DNA from: Ilumatobacteraceae bacterium
Lineage (GTDB): Bacteria; Actinomycetota; Acidimicrobiia; Acidimicrobiales; Ilumatobacteraceae
Direction: 5' to 3'
NCBI GenBank assembly: GCA_031373785.1
Contig: JANMNE010000183.1
Coordinates: forward strand, 15,729 to 79,728
DNA: 64,000 nucleotides
Every line of letters begins with the position of its first letter. The stretch's first letter is position 1. A model generated the notes under the pieces. That model had not been told where the DNA came from. It made no database searches and was given only the letters and a program-made list of their open reading frames with translations. The translations under genes and the position numbers were made by a program. This document shows positions 26,041 through 34,533 of the stretch, piece after piece.

Positions 26041-26220
26041 ATGCACCACCTCGTGGAGAAGTTCACCCCAGAGGCCGTTGAGGCCACCGACGACGATGGC
26101 GTGGTCGCCATCGAGTACGTGCTCGTTGCCGGGCTCGTCGCCTCCGGCGTCGCAGTCCTCTTCGCGACCGGGCTGTGGACGACCATGCTCGGCAAGCTCA
26201 ACGGCCTGTTCGCCAGCTGA
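26041..26220 (+). CDS. flp: Flp-family prepilin (59 aa), copy 2 (below the ORF-track length cut-off)
   Basis: AAGGAGCAAAGTGAA precedes ATG 26041. MHHLVEKFTPEAVEATDDDGVVAIEYVLVAGLVASGVAVLFATGLWTTMLGKLNGLFAS matches copy 1 at 51 of 58 aligned residues. Confidence 0.8.
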   Translation: MHHLVEKFTPEAVEATDDDGVVAIEYVLVAGLVASGVAVLFATGLWTTMLGKLNGLFAS

Positions 26221-26237
26221 GGACATCTCGTCAAGGG

Positions 26238-26264
26238 CGGGGCAGTGCAAGCTGCTCCGCCCCG
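26238..26264 (+). terminator. hairpin after flp copy 2 (possible attenuator)
   Basis: CGGGGC (26238-26243) pairs with GCCCCG (26259-26264), and an inner GCA/UGC pairing is possible. It sits between flp2 and tadE. Confidence 0.3.
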
Positions 26265-26275
26265 ACAAGGACGTC

Positions 26276-26638
26276 ATGCAATTCACGCGCTGCACTCCCA
26301 GCAAGCGCGATGACCGCGGAGTCGTCGCGCTCGAGTTCGTTCTCGTGGCTCCGTTCCTCTTCGCGTTCATTTTGATCATCGCCCAGTTCGGCATCTACTT
26401 CAGCACGACGGTCGACGTGAACGATGCGGCACGAGATGCCGCACGGACGCTTGCGTTGCGGGGAACACCAACCTATCCGGCTGGCGTGACTGCTTCGAAC
26501 GTCGTGACATGCGCTGCCGGTGACACCACGAGCAACGCGAGAGTGACCCTCACCACCAGCTACACCTTCGACATACCGTTCATCTCACTCGGTACCAAGT
26601 CGATCACAGCAATAGGAACCATGCGATGCGGCGGTTGA
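26276..26638 (+). CDS. TadE-like pseudopilin/pilus assembly protein
   Basis: MQFTRCTPSKRDDRGVVALEFVLVAPFLFAFILIIAQFGIYF is a TadE-type N-terminus. Overlaps the next gene. Confidence 0.75.
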   Translation: MQFTRCTPSKRDDRGVVALEFVLVAPFLFAFILIIAQFGIYFSTTVDVNDAARDAARTLALRGTPTYPAGVTASNVVTCAAGDTTSNARVTLTTSYTFDIPFISLGTKSITAIGTMRCGG

Positions 26639-27564
26639 GTCAACAAGATGATCGAGGCATCGCCACGGTCTTCGTGGTGGCGATGATGCCCGTGCTCATG
26701 CTCTTCGTATCGTTGGTGCTCGATGGCGGCCGGGGCATGGTGGCTCGAGGCGAGACACAGAACGCCGCGGACGCGAGTGCCCTTGCTAAAGCAACCGACT
26801 GTGCGAAGGGCATCACGACGACGGACATCGCGCCCTATCAAACCAGTGGTGTTGTGCTCGCCAACGCGCCGACGTGCGGGAGCGGGTCTACGACGGTCTC
26901 CATGACACGAACCATCACGGCCACGTTCCCACTGGGCGTCGGTCCTTGGGACGTGACGAAATCTGCGACGGCGAGGTGGAGCATTCTCAACACGTCGACA
27001 GGTGTCTTTCCGATAACCATCGCAACGTGTGCGCTTACCGGCGTGTCCTTCGGACAGAAGGTCACGTTCCACGCCCACAATTTCGGTGGGTGCACTAACC
27101 CCTCCGGTCAGTTCGGTTGGACCGACATCAACTGCTCCAGTCCCTCGACGGTAACGGTCGGCACGGGATCTGGCATCGGTGGTCAAACCGGTAACACGCC
27201 CACGGCCTGCAGCAACACCCAACTGGATGCGTTCATCGGCAAGGACGTTCTGGTGCCGGTGTGGGATCCGAGCGTCACCTCATGCGGCAAGACCTATTGC
27301 CTGACCACGTTCGTTCAGTTTCATTTGACTGGATGGTCGGCAAACGGTCAAAACTTCGGCACTTCTCCTCCGAGCACGCTCCAGAAGCAGTGCGACGGCC
27401 GCGCTGACGGGGACCCGAACTTCCAGGCGAGTCCACCCGAGAACACGGCCTGCATCAGGGGCTACTTCGTGAAGTTCACCACTGAGACCGGACTGTTCGG
27501 TCCTGGTGCCTGCAACACGGCGACCTTGCTCTTCGTCTGTCGCGTCTACCTCTCGCTCAGCTAA
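26626..27564 (+). CDS. TadG-like (Tad N-terminal domain) Cys-rich pilus-associated protein
   Basis: MRRLSQQDDRGIATVFVVAMMPVLMLFVSLVLDGGRGMVARGETQNAADASALA is the Flp-pilus-assembly TadG-like N-terminus. It is followed by about 250 aa containing more than 12 Cys. Confidence 0.7.
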   Translation: MRRLSQQDDRGIATVFVVAMMPVLMLFVSLVLDGGRGMVARGETQNAADASALAKATDCAKGITTTDIAPYQTSGVVLANAPTCGSGSTTVSMTRTITATFPLGVGPWDVTKSATARWSILNTSTGVFPITIATCALTGVSFGQKVTFHAHNFGGCTNPSGQFGWTDINCSSPSTVTVGTGSGIGGQTGNTPTACSNTQLDAFIGKDVLVPVWDPSVTSCGKTYCLTTFVQFHLTGWSANGQNFGTSPPSTLQKQCDGRADGDPNFQASPPENTACIRGYFVKFTTETGLFGPGACNTATLLFVCRVYLSLS

Positions 27565-27594
27565 CCCCCACTACACGCAAGGAACAACCCCCAC

Positions 27595-28407
27595 ATGAAG
27601 AACAAACGGCGGATCACAGGGATCATTGCAGCACTGGTCCTGGCCATCATCGGCACGGTGGCCCTCGCGGGCTACGTGCAATCGGCGAAAGACAAGGCGG
27701 TAGCTAGCGAAGCCCTTGTCGACGTCTACGTCGTCGACAAGCTCGTGCCGAAGGGCGCCGAGGCGGAGACGATCAAGTCATCGGTCTCGGTCGAGCACGT
27801 ACCGAGCCGGCTGAAGCAGTCGGGTGCGATCACCGACCTCGACGCGGTGGGCTCCAATGTGGCCGCCACCGACCTCCAGCCCGGTGACCAGCTGCTGGCG
27901 GCGCGATTGGTCGCGAAGGACCAAGTGTCCGCGGAGGTCACGGACAAGGTTCAGATCTCGACCGTGCTGGCGGCGGAGCGAGCGGTCGGCGGGTCGCTAC
28001 AGAAGGGTGATCTGGTCGGTGTCTACCTCTCGTTCGATCCCTTCGACCTCGACAACGCAGAGCAGACCGACCCGGCTGCGGCGATCGCCGGGGATGCCGC
28101 GCCGACGACGACCGCTGCGCCGAAGAAGTCGCCGAACACGACTCGGCTGGAGTTCCAGCACGTGTTGGTGACCAACGTGCAAACGACCGATGCTCCGGTG
28201 AACGCCGACGTCAAAGATGCGAAGGGCGTCGCGCAGGTGACCGGGTTGCAGTACGTGGTCACGTTGGCCCTCTCGCCCGAACAGTCGGAGCGCTTCGTGT
28301 TCGCCACCGAGTTCGGCCACGTGTGGCTGTCGAATGAGCCGGCGTCGGTGTCCGACGACGGCACACGACTGGTCACCCTCGGCAACGTGTACGCGGTGGT
28401 GAAGTGA
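27595..28407 (+). CDS. cpaB: Flp pilus assembly protein CpaB/RcpC
   Basis: N-terminal TM GIIAALVLAIIGTVALAGYV, then a SAF-like VDVYVVDKLVPKGAEAE...DLQPGDQLLAARL. Confidence 0.8.
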   Translation: MKNKRRITGIIAALVLAIIGTVALAGYVQSAKDKAVASEALVDVYVVDKLVPKGAEAETIKSSVSVEHVPSRLKQSGAITDLDAVGSNVAATDLQPGDQLLAARLVAKDQVSAEVTDKVQISTVLAAERAVGGSLQKGDLVGVYLSFDPFDLDNAEQTDPAAAIAGDAAPTTTAAPKKSPNTTRLEFQHVLVTNVQTTDAPVNADVKDAKGVAQVTGLQYVVTLALSPEQSERFVFATEFGHVWLSNEPASVSDDGTRLVTLGNVYAVVK

Positions 28408-29291
28408 TGGAGACCAACGAGATGCCGTCCGTGATCATCGGGCATGACATGTCCCCGGAGCTGGCTGCCAATGTCACGACCGCCCTCCGCGGAATCGGCG
28501 TCGCCGTCAAGGCCAATGTCTTCGCTCCTCCATCGCGCCAGACCAAGGTCATCGTCGTGGTCTCGCCGAAGGGCGGCTCCGGCAAGACCGCAGTCTCCTC
28601 CAACCTCGCGGTCGCTCTCGCCGAGCGCTTTCCCGGCCGCGTGGTCGCTGTCGACCTCGACGTGCAGTTCGGCGACCTGGGGGCCGCACTGTCGTTGACC
28701 CCGCAACACACGCTGTCGCAGTTGGCCCGCACCACACAGATCGACGCCACCACTGTCAAGCTGTTCCTCACGCTCTACTACAACGGCCTATACGTCCTGG
28801 CCGGCGCCCACGACCCCGTGGACGCCGATTCGATCAACCACGCGCACGTCTCGGCGGTGCTGCCGTTGCTGGCGCAGAACTTCGACTACGTGATCGTCGA
28901 CACCCCGGCGGGGCTCGACGAGCGCACGCTGGCCGCGATCGAGTGCGCTACCGATCTCCTGCTGGTGTCGAGCCTCGACGTGACGAGCATCCGCAGCATG
29001 CGCAAAGCACTGGACGCCTTCGACCACGTCGGTGTCAAGGCTGAGCGACAGCTCGTCCTCAACCGGTCTGACTCCAAGGTCGGGCTCAACCCGGCCGATG
29101 CCGAAGAGGCCATCGGCATGAAGATCTCCTGCTCGATCCCGTCGAGCCGGGACATCCCGCTGTCGCTGAACCTGGGCACGCCCGTCGTCATCAGCGAACC
29201 GAAGTCGGCGGTGGCCAAACAGCTGCAACAACTCGTGCAGCTGTATGCGCCGGTCGATGAAACCAAGGCGCGCAAGGGCAGGCGGCGGTGA
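28407..29291 (+). CDS. TadZ/CpaE-like ParA/MinD-family ATPase
   Basis: Deviant Walker A VVVSPKGGSGKTAVSSNLA, and YVIVDTP. The start is TGATG-coupled to cpaB; GTG 28404 is also possible. Confidence 0.8.
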   Translation: METNEMPSVIIGHDMSPELAANVTTALRGIGVAVKANVFAPPSRQTKVIVVVSPKGGSGKTAVSSNLAVALAERFPGRVVAVDLDVQFGDLGAALSLTPQHTLSQLARTTQIDATTVKLFLTLYYNGLYVLAGAHDPVDADSINHAHVSAVLPLLAQNFDYVIVDTPAGLDERTLAAIECATDLLLVSSLDVTSIRSMRKALDAFDHVGVKAERQLVLNRSDSKVGLNPADAEEAIGMKISCSIPSSRDIPLSLNLGTPVVISEPKSAVAKQLQQLVQLYAPVDETKARKGRRR

Positions 29292-30640
29292 GCCTCACCG
29301 AACGCATCAACCAGGCCCAGCAAGCCGCCGCGCAGCGCGGGGAGGTCGCCAGCGGTTGGCGGCAAGGGCCGAGCCAGACCCTCACCATCGATGGGCTGGG
29401 CGACTACAAGGCCAAGGTTCACGACGCGCTGTTCGAGCGCCTCGGCACCCGGCTCTTCGAGGCAACGAACGAGGAGCAGTTGCAGTCCCTCGTGCTGACC
29501 GAGATCGGCGCTCTGATGGACGCCACCGAGACAGCGCTGTCGCCCCAGGAGCGCCAGTTTCTGGTGCGCGACATCGCCCGGGACGTCATGGGCCTCGGCC
29601 CGCTCGAGCAGTTCCTCGCCGACCCCACCGTCACCGAAGTCATGGTGAACGGGAGCAACTTCATCTACGCCGAACGCAACGGCGTCATCGAACAAACCGG
29701 GGCGCGCTTCATCTCCGAAGACCACCTGCGTCGTGTCATCGATCGGATCGTCTCGTCGGTTGGTCGTCGCATCGACGAATCCTCGCCGATGGTGGACGCC
29801 CGCCTGGCCGACGGCTCGCGTGTCAACGTCATCGTGCCGCCCCTGTCGCTCGACGGATCGATCCTCACCATCCGCAAGTTCGCCAAGGACGCGTTCCGGG
29901 CGACCGACCTGATCGCCATGGGAACGCTGACCGAGCACGTGGCGTCAGTACTGGCCGCCGCTGTTGAGGGTGGCATGAACGTCCTCATCTCCGGCGGCAC
30001 TGGCACGGGCAAGACCACGATGCTGAATGTGCTGTCGAGCTTCGTTCCCCGCGTGGACCGGATCATCACGATCGAGGACGCCGTCGAGTTGCAGTTGCTG
30101 CAGACGCACGTGATCCGCCTCGAGGCGCGCCCGCCCAACATCGAGGGCCAAGGAGAGATCACCATTCGTGACCTCGTCCGCAACGCCTTGCGAATGCGGC
30201 CGGACCGCATCATCGTCGGGGAGGTCCGCGGCGCCGAGGCCCTCGACATGCTCCAGGCAATGAACACGGGCCACGACGGCTCGATGTCCACGGTGCACGC
30301 CAACTCCCCGCGGGATGCTCTGGCCAGGGTGGAGACGATGGTGCTGATGGCCGGCTTCGACCTGCCCACGCGGGCCATCCGCGAGCAGATCGCCTCGGCG
30401 CTCAACCTCATCGTCCACGTCGATCGTTTCCGCGACGGCTCTCGCCGCGTCAGCCACGTCACCGAGGTGGTCGGGATGGAGGGTGACATCATCACCCTCC
30501 AGGACATCTACAGGTACGACTACAGGGCGAATTGCCTGATCGCGACGGGCATCCGCCCGGAATTCGTCGACCGACTGGAGGACCGCGGGGTCACCGTGCC
30601 CGGCGGGTTGTTCGGTACACCCGACATGTGGCAGCGATGA
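29288..30640 (+). CDS. tadA: CpaF/TadA secretion ATPase
   Basis: Walker A ISGGTGTGKTTMLN, RIITIEDAVEL, Walker B RIIVGEVRGAEA, GHDGSMSTVHAN. Confidence 0.9.
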   Translation: MSLTERINQAQQAAAQRGEVASGWRQGPSQTLTIDGLGDYKAKVHDALFERLGTRLFEATNEEQLQSLVLTEIGALMDATETALSPQERQFLVRDIARDVMGLGPLEQFLADPTVTEVMVNGSNFIYAERNGVIEQTGARFISEDHLRRVIDRIVSSVGRRIDESSPMVDARLADGSRVNVIVPPLSLDGSILTIRKFAKDAFRATDLIAMGTLTEHVASVLAAAVEGGMNVLISGGTGTGKTTMLNVLSSFVPRVDRIITIEDAVELQLLQTHVIRLEARPPNIEGQGEITIRDLVRNALRMRPDRIIVGEVRGAEALDMLQAMNTGHDGSMSTVHANSPRDALARVETMVLMAGFDLPTRAIREQIASALNLIVHVDRFRDGSRRVSHVTEVVGMEGDIITLQDIYRYDYRANCLIATGIRPEFVDRLEDRGVTVPGGLFGTPDMWQR

Positions 30641-32328
30641 AGCGGCTGCCGCACATCCTCGTCCCGCTCGTCGTGTGCGGCTTGGTTGCTGTCCTCTTCA
30701 GTGCCCCGGCCGACGCCCAGGCCCCGGCGGGCAACCTCGAGGTCATCATCGCGATTGACACGTCCGGGAGCATGCGGCCGGCCATCGGTGCCGCCAAGGC
30801 AGCTGCGATCGAGTTCGTGGCATCGATGCCTGCAAACGTCGGCATCGGTGTCGAGACGTTCGGCGATTCCGTCACCGTGTTGACCCCGCCGACGACCGAC
30901 CGCACGCTGCTGAGCGAGGAGATCAACGCGATCGTGACGGGCGGCAACACCGCGCTCTACGACGTCGTGGTCACCGCCAGCCACCACTTCACGCCGACGG
31001 TCGAGCACAAGGTGCTCGTGTTGTTGTCGGACGGTAAGGACGACGGCAGCACGGCCACGTTGGACGAGGCCATCGCCGCGGTTCACGATGTGCACGTCGA
31101 GGCCATCAGCCTGACCACGGCCGCGACGGACATCAACAGCCTCTCGGCCCTCGGCCCGGTCACGTCTGCCGACGACGCGGCCGGAGTTTCGGCGGCCTTC
31201 GCCCGCGTCGCCGGCCTGGTCGTCAGCGTCGCGGAACCGATCGCCGTCCCCAGTTCGGCCGTGCCGGTCACCACCATCGCGGCACCGACCACGACCTCAC
31301 CGCCGCCCACCACCGCGGAAGCGGCGGCCACCACAGTCTCCTCCACAGTCTCCACCAGCCCTCCGGCGCCGGCCGTCGCGATCGCGTCATCGGATGCGCC
31401 GGCCTCGTCCTCGCGGCTGTGGCTTGGTGCCTTCGGCATCTTCGTCGGTCTGTTCGTACTCGTGTTGCTGCTCTTCCCCCGTGAGCGGGTTTCCAAGGCT
31501 CGGCTCGGCATCGACAAGCCGCGCAGCGTGTCCGACATGGGCAGGCGTGCCATCTCGGCCGTTGAGGAGGCCCTCGAGCGGCGAGGCAAGCGCGCCGAAC
31601 TGGCGACGGCCTTGGCGGTCGCCGACATCTCCGTGAACCCCGCCGAGTTCGTCGCTCTGGTCGCCGTCGTCGCCGTCGTCGCCGGCCTCGTCGGCCTGCT
31701 GGCCGGCGGGCCGTTCGTCGGCCTGCTCGTGGCATTCGCGGTCTGTCTCGTGGTCAGGGTCTACGTACGCCGGACCACGGCCAAGCGCCGCGCGGCATTC
31801 GCCGACCAGTTGCCCGACGTGCTCCAACTGGTCACTACAGCACTCCGCAGCGGGTACGGCCTCACCCAGGCACTCGACTCGGTCGCCGAGGACGCCGAGG
31901 AGCCCGCACGCAGCGAGTTCGCCCACGTGCTCGTCGAGTCGCGCCTCGGCCGCGATTTGTCGGAGGCCATGCGCGCAATCGCACAGCGTATGAAGAGCGA
32001 GGACCTGGAGTGGGTGGTCGCGGCAATCGACATCAACCGCGACACTGGCGGCAACCTGTCCGAGATCCTCAACACGGTTGGCGCCACGATTCGCGAGCGC
32101 CAGCGCATGGCCCGTCAAGTCGGAACCCTCACGGCCGAGGGCCGGCTTTCCGCCCGGATCCTGACGGTGCTGCCACTCGTGATGGCCCTCTGGCAGTGGC
32201 GGGTGAACCCGGAGAACTTCGCCTTGCTGACGCGTGGCGGCGGGCTTGTTGCCCTCGTCATTGGAGGGATCCTCATGCTCCTGGGCACGATCTGGATCCA
32301 CAGGATCGTCAACTCGCTCTCTTCGTAA
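30637..32328 (+). CDS. tadB: fusion protein: secreted VWA domain + Pro/Thr/Ala/Ser linker + TadB (T2SS-F family) platform domain (563 aa)
   Basis: ATG 30637 overlaps the tadA stop (ATGA). Signal peptide is MKRLPHILVPLVVCGLVAVLFSAPADAQA. MIDAS motif is IAIDTSGSM, with TALYD and LLSDGKDD downstream. The linker is PVTTIAAPTTTSPPPTTAEAAATTVSS... A TM segment and a GspF-like region follow (FADQLPDVLQLVTTALRSGYGLTQAL...). Confidence 0.8.
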   Translation: MKRLPHILVPLVVCGLVAVLFSAPADAQAPAGNLEVIIAIDTSGSMRPAIGAAKAAAIEFVASMPANVGIGVETFGDSVTVLTPPTTDRTLLSEEINAIVTGGNTALYDVVVTASHHFTPTVEHKVLVLLSDGKDDGSTATLDEAIAAVHDVHVEAISLTTAATDINSLSALGPVTSADDAAGVSAAFARVAGLVVSVAEPIAVPSSAVPVTTIAAPTTTSPPPTTAEAAATTVSSTVSTSPPAPAVAIASSDAPASSSRLWLGAFGIFVGLFVLVLLLFPRERVSKARLGIDKPRSVSDMGRRAISAVEEALERRGKRAELATALAVADISVNPAEFVALVAVVAVVAGLVGLLAGGPFVGLLVAFAVCLVVRVYVRRTTAKRRAAFADQLPDVLQLVTTALRSGYGLTQALDSVAEDAEEPARSEFAHVLVESRLGRDLSEAMRAIAQRMKSEDLEWVVAAIDINRDTGGNLSEILNTVGATIRERQRMARQVGTLTAEGRLSARILTVLPLVMALWQWRVNPENFALLTRGGGLVALVIGGILMLLGTIWIHRIVNSLSS

Positions 32329-32352
32329 TGAAATGAAAACAGGAACGGAACC

Positions 32353-33204
32353 ATGAACCTCACAGTCATCCTCGGCTCCATGGCGCTGATCGGCGCGATC
32401 GGCATGTTCTGGTGGGGCCTCTCCGCTCGACCGTCAGCGGCTCGCGCCAACCTCTTCGCCGGCTTGGCGCAACCCGAAGCACCCGTCAGCAAGTCGGCCT
32501 CGATCCTGCTCGGGTTGGGCCGCACCACGCGCCGCATCCTGCCCAAGCCGCTCGTCGACGGGCTGGAGGTCAACCTCGTTCAGGCCGGGCATCCCTATGG
32601 CCTGGACCTGGCTCGAATCCTCGGGATCAAGGTCGTCCTGGCCGGGATGACGTCGTTCATGCTGCTCCTCGCCGGCCATCCGACAGTCGCCGTCGTTGGC
32701 GCCGGGCTGCTGTTCTTCCTGCCCGACTACTGGGTGCTGTCCGTGCGGGACAAGCGCCAAGCCGCGATGCAGGCCAAGGCTGCCGACACGATCGACCAGT
32801 TGACCATCTGCGTCGAAGCCGGACTCGGCTTCGACGCTGCGCTCGCACGTGTGGCGACGACGACCGAGGGTCCTCTGACCGAAGAGCTCCGTCACACGAT
32901 CAGCGACATCCGGGCGGGTGTACCGCGCGCCCAGGCGTTGCGGACGCTGGCCGACCGGGCGCAGATCGTGGAGATCCGCCAGTTGGTCACGGCGCTCCTC
33001 CAAGCGCAGAAGCACGGCGTGCCGATTGCGCACACGTTGCGCACTCAGTCGGCGGAGATGCGGATGAAGCGCAAGCAGCGCACGGAGGAGAAGGCGGCCA
33101 AGCTGACCGTCAAGATGCTCTTTCCCATCATCTTTTGCTTCGTGCCGGTGTTCATGATCGTCACCGCGGGGCCCGCCATCCTCAGTCTTGGGAACTCCTT
33201 GTAG
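32353..33204 (+). CDS. tadC: TadC (T2SS-F family) platform protein
   Basis: QLTICVEAGLGFDAALARV...LLQAQKHGVPIAHTLRTQSAEMRMKRKQRTEEKAAKLTVKMLFPIIFCFVPVFMIV. Confidence 0.85.
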   Translation: MNLTVILGSMALIGAIGMFWWGLSARPSAARANLFAGLAQPEAPVSKSASILLGLGRTTRRILPKPLVDGLEVNLVQAGHPYGLDLARILGIKVVLAGMTSFMLLLAGHPTVAVVGAGLLFFLPDYWVLSVRDKRQAAMQAKAADTIDQLTICVEAGLGFDAALARVATTTEGPLTEELRHTISDIRAGVPRAQALRTLADRAQIVEIRQLVTALLQAQKHGVPIAHTLRTQSAEMRMKRKQRTEEKAAKLTVKMLFPIIFCFVPVFMIVTAGPAILSLGNSL

Positions 33205-33295
33205 AAGTTTCCCGGAACGACGCGGGGCCGTGGGGGTCCCCTGTCTGCGCGAGGCGCCGGTGCGAACGCACCGGCGCTTCCGTGCATCTTGCGGC

Positions 33296-33404
33296 CTCAA
33301 TGCCGTCATCCTCGGCGCATCGTTCGACACCCCGGGTGACCGACGTCGCCAGCCATAGCGCCGATGTAATCGGAGATCTCGAGGCGGCTCAAGCCGCGGC
33401 GTAG
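33296..33404 (+). pseudogene. internally deleted remnant of a bcp (peroxiredoxin) paralogue
   Basis: Reads LNAVILGASFDTP|VTDVASHSADVIGDLEAAQAAA*. The two blocks match 45477-45516 and roughly 45695-45750 of the intact bcp, at about 80-90% nt identity by hand alignment. The roughly 180 nt between them are missing. Weak similarity may extend left to about 33209. Confidence 0.6.
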
Positions 33405-33433
33405 GTCGGCGGCGTCTGGACCTTGCGTTCCGA

Positions 33434-34469
33434 GAATGCCAATGGGACATGTCGGTCATCAAGACCGGGCCTGCGGCATGGGCGAAAGCCACTGGCGCCG
33501 GCGTCAAGGTCGGGGTCATCGACGGTGGGCTCGAATTCACCCATCCCGACCTCGCCGGAGCGATCGATGTCGGCCTCTCCTGCTCGTTCATCCTCAGCAC
33601 CACACCGACCGCTGATTCTGCCGAGATCGCCAATGGTGACTGCGCGAACAAGGCGGCAGTGCAGGACCTCCAAGGTCATGGCACTCACGTGGCCACCACG
33701 ATCGCCAGTCGGTTCAACGGCATCGGGATCGTCGGCGTCGCACCACAAGCGACCGTCGTCGGCCTGGAGGCATGCACCATCGCCGGCTTCTGCTTCGCCG
33801 ATTCCGTCGCTGCCGCGCTGCGGTACGCAGGCGACCACAAGCTGGATGTCGTCAACCTCAGCCTGTTTGCCGATCCGTACCTGTACTTCTGCGCCAACGA
33901 TGCCGGTCAACGGGCGATGCTGCTCGACCTGCAGAAGGCGGCTCGGTATGCCGAGCAGCGAGGCGTCGTGATCGTGGCCGCAGCCGGCAACGAAGCTCAG
34001 GACCTGGGGCATCCAACCGAGGACACGATCAGCCCCGACTGGCCGCCGGACACCGCGATCGTACGAACCGTGCGGAACAACTGCCGCGTCGCGCCGGCAG
34101 AGCCTCCCGGCGACGGTCTTCGGACGCGGGCGCATTCCCGCCGGCTGGTCGAGCACCGACGCCACTGGCACCTGGGAGGCTTTGATCCCGGCGAACCGCG
34201 CGGTCGTCACCGGTGGCGGTCGCTATGTGTGGATCAGTGGTACGTCGATGGCGTCACCGCACGTCGCCGGTGTCACCGCACTCATCCGGTCGAAGTTCCC
34301 GAACATGCCCCAGGGTGCCGTTGCCGCCCTCTTCCGGTCGTCCGCCACACCGACAGCATGCCCCGAAGGCTGGCCGGCGGATTATCCACGGCAGTGCACG
34401 GGCAGTTCGGCCAACACGTCGTTCTTCGGCGGCGGCACCGTCAACGCGCTCGGGGCTGTCTCGCGGTAA
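33434..34469 (+). pseudogene. S8 (subtilisin-family) peptidase, 5'-truncated and frameshifted
   Basis: Asp VKVGVIDGG, His LQGHGTHVATT and Asn AAAGNE lie in one frame (ORF 33449-). Ser ISGTSMASPHVAG lies in another (ORF 34182-34469). The switch is near 34.10 kb (PAE|LPATV). The reading frame begins at the mature-domain start (QWDMSVIKTGPAAW) with no signal peptide or propeptide. Confidence 0.7.
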
Positions 34470-34486
34470 CCGTCCGGATTCGCTCA

Positions 34487-34526
34487 ATCCGTGGAGAGTC
34501 GCCCTCGCGGGAGGCTCTCCACGGAT
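34487..34526. terminator. strong hairpin between convergent S8 remnant and giant LPXTG gene
   Basis: The perfect 12-bp arms ATCCGTGGAGAG (34487-34498) and CTCTCCACGGAT (34515-34526) can pair further inside. It lies 8 nt past the stop of the minus-strand giant gene. There is no clear U-tract. Confidence 0.6.
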
Positions 34527-34533
34527 CAGGGCT

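Larger units (their letters stand above)
25940..26220 (+). repeat. direct repeat unit 2 (box + leader + flp)
   Basis: See 24809-25085. Confidence 0.8.

Noticed and set aside
33209-33295. A possible extension of the bcp remnant, including a Cys (VPC) that might correspond to the active site.
   Set aside because: Nucleotide alignment places this TGT opposite the GLRD region of the intact gene, not opposite the TGA codon. It therefore says nothing about the ancestral codon.
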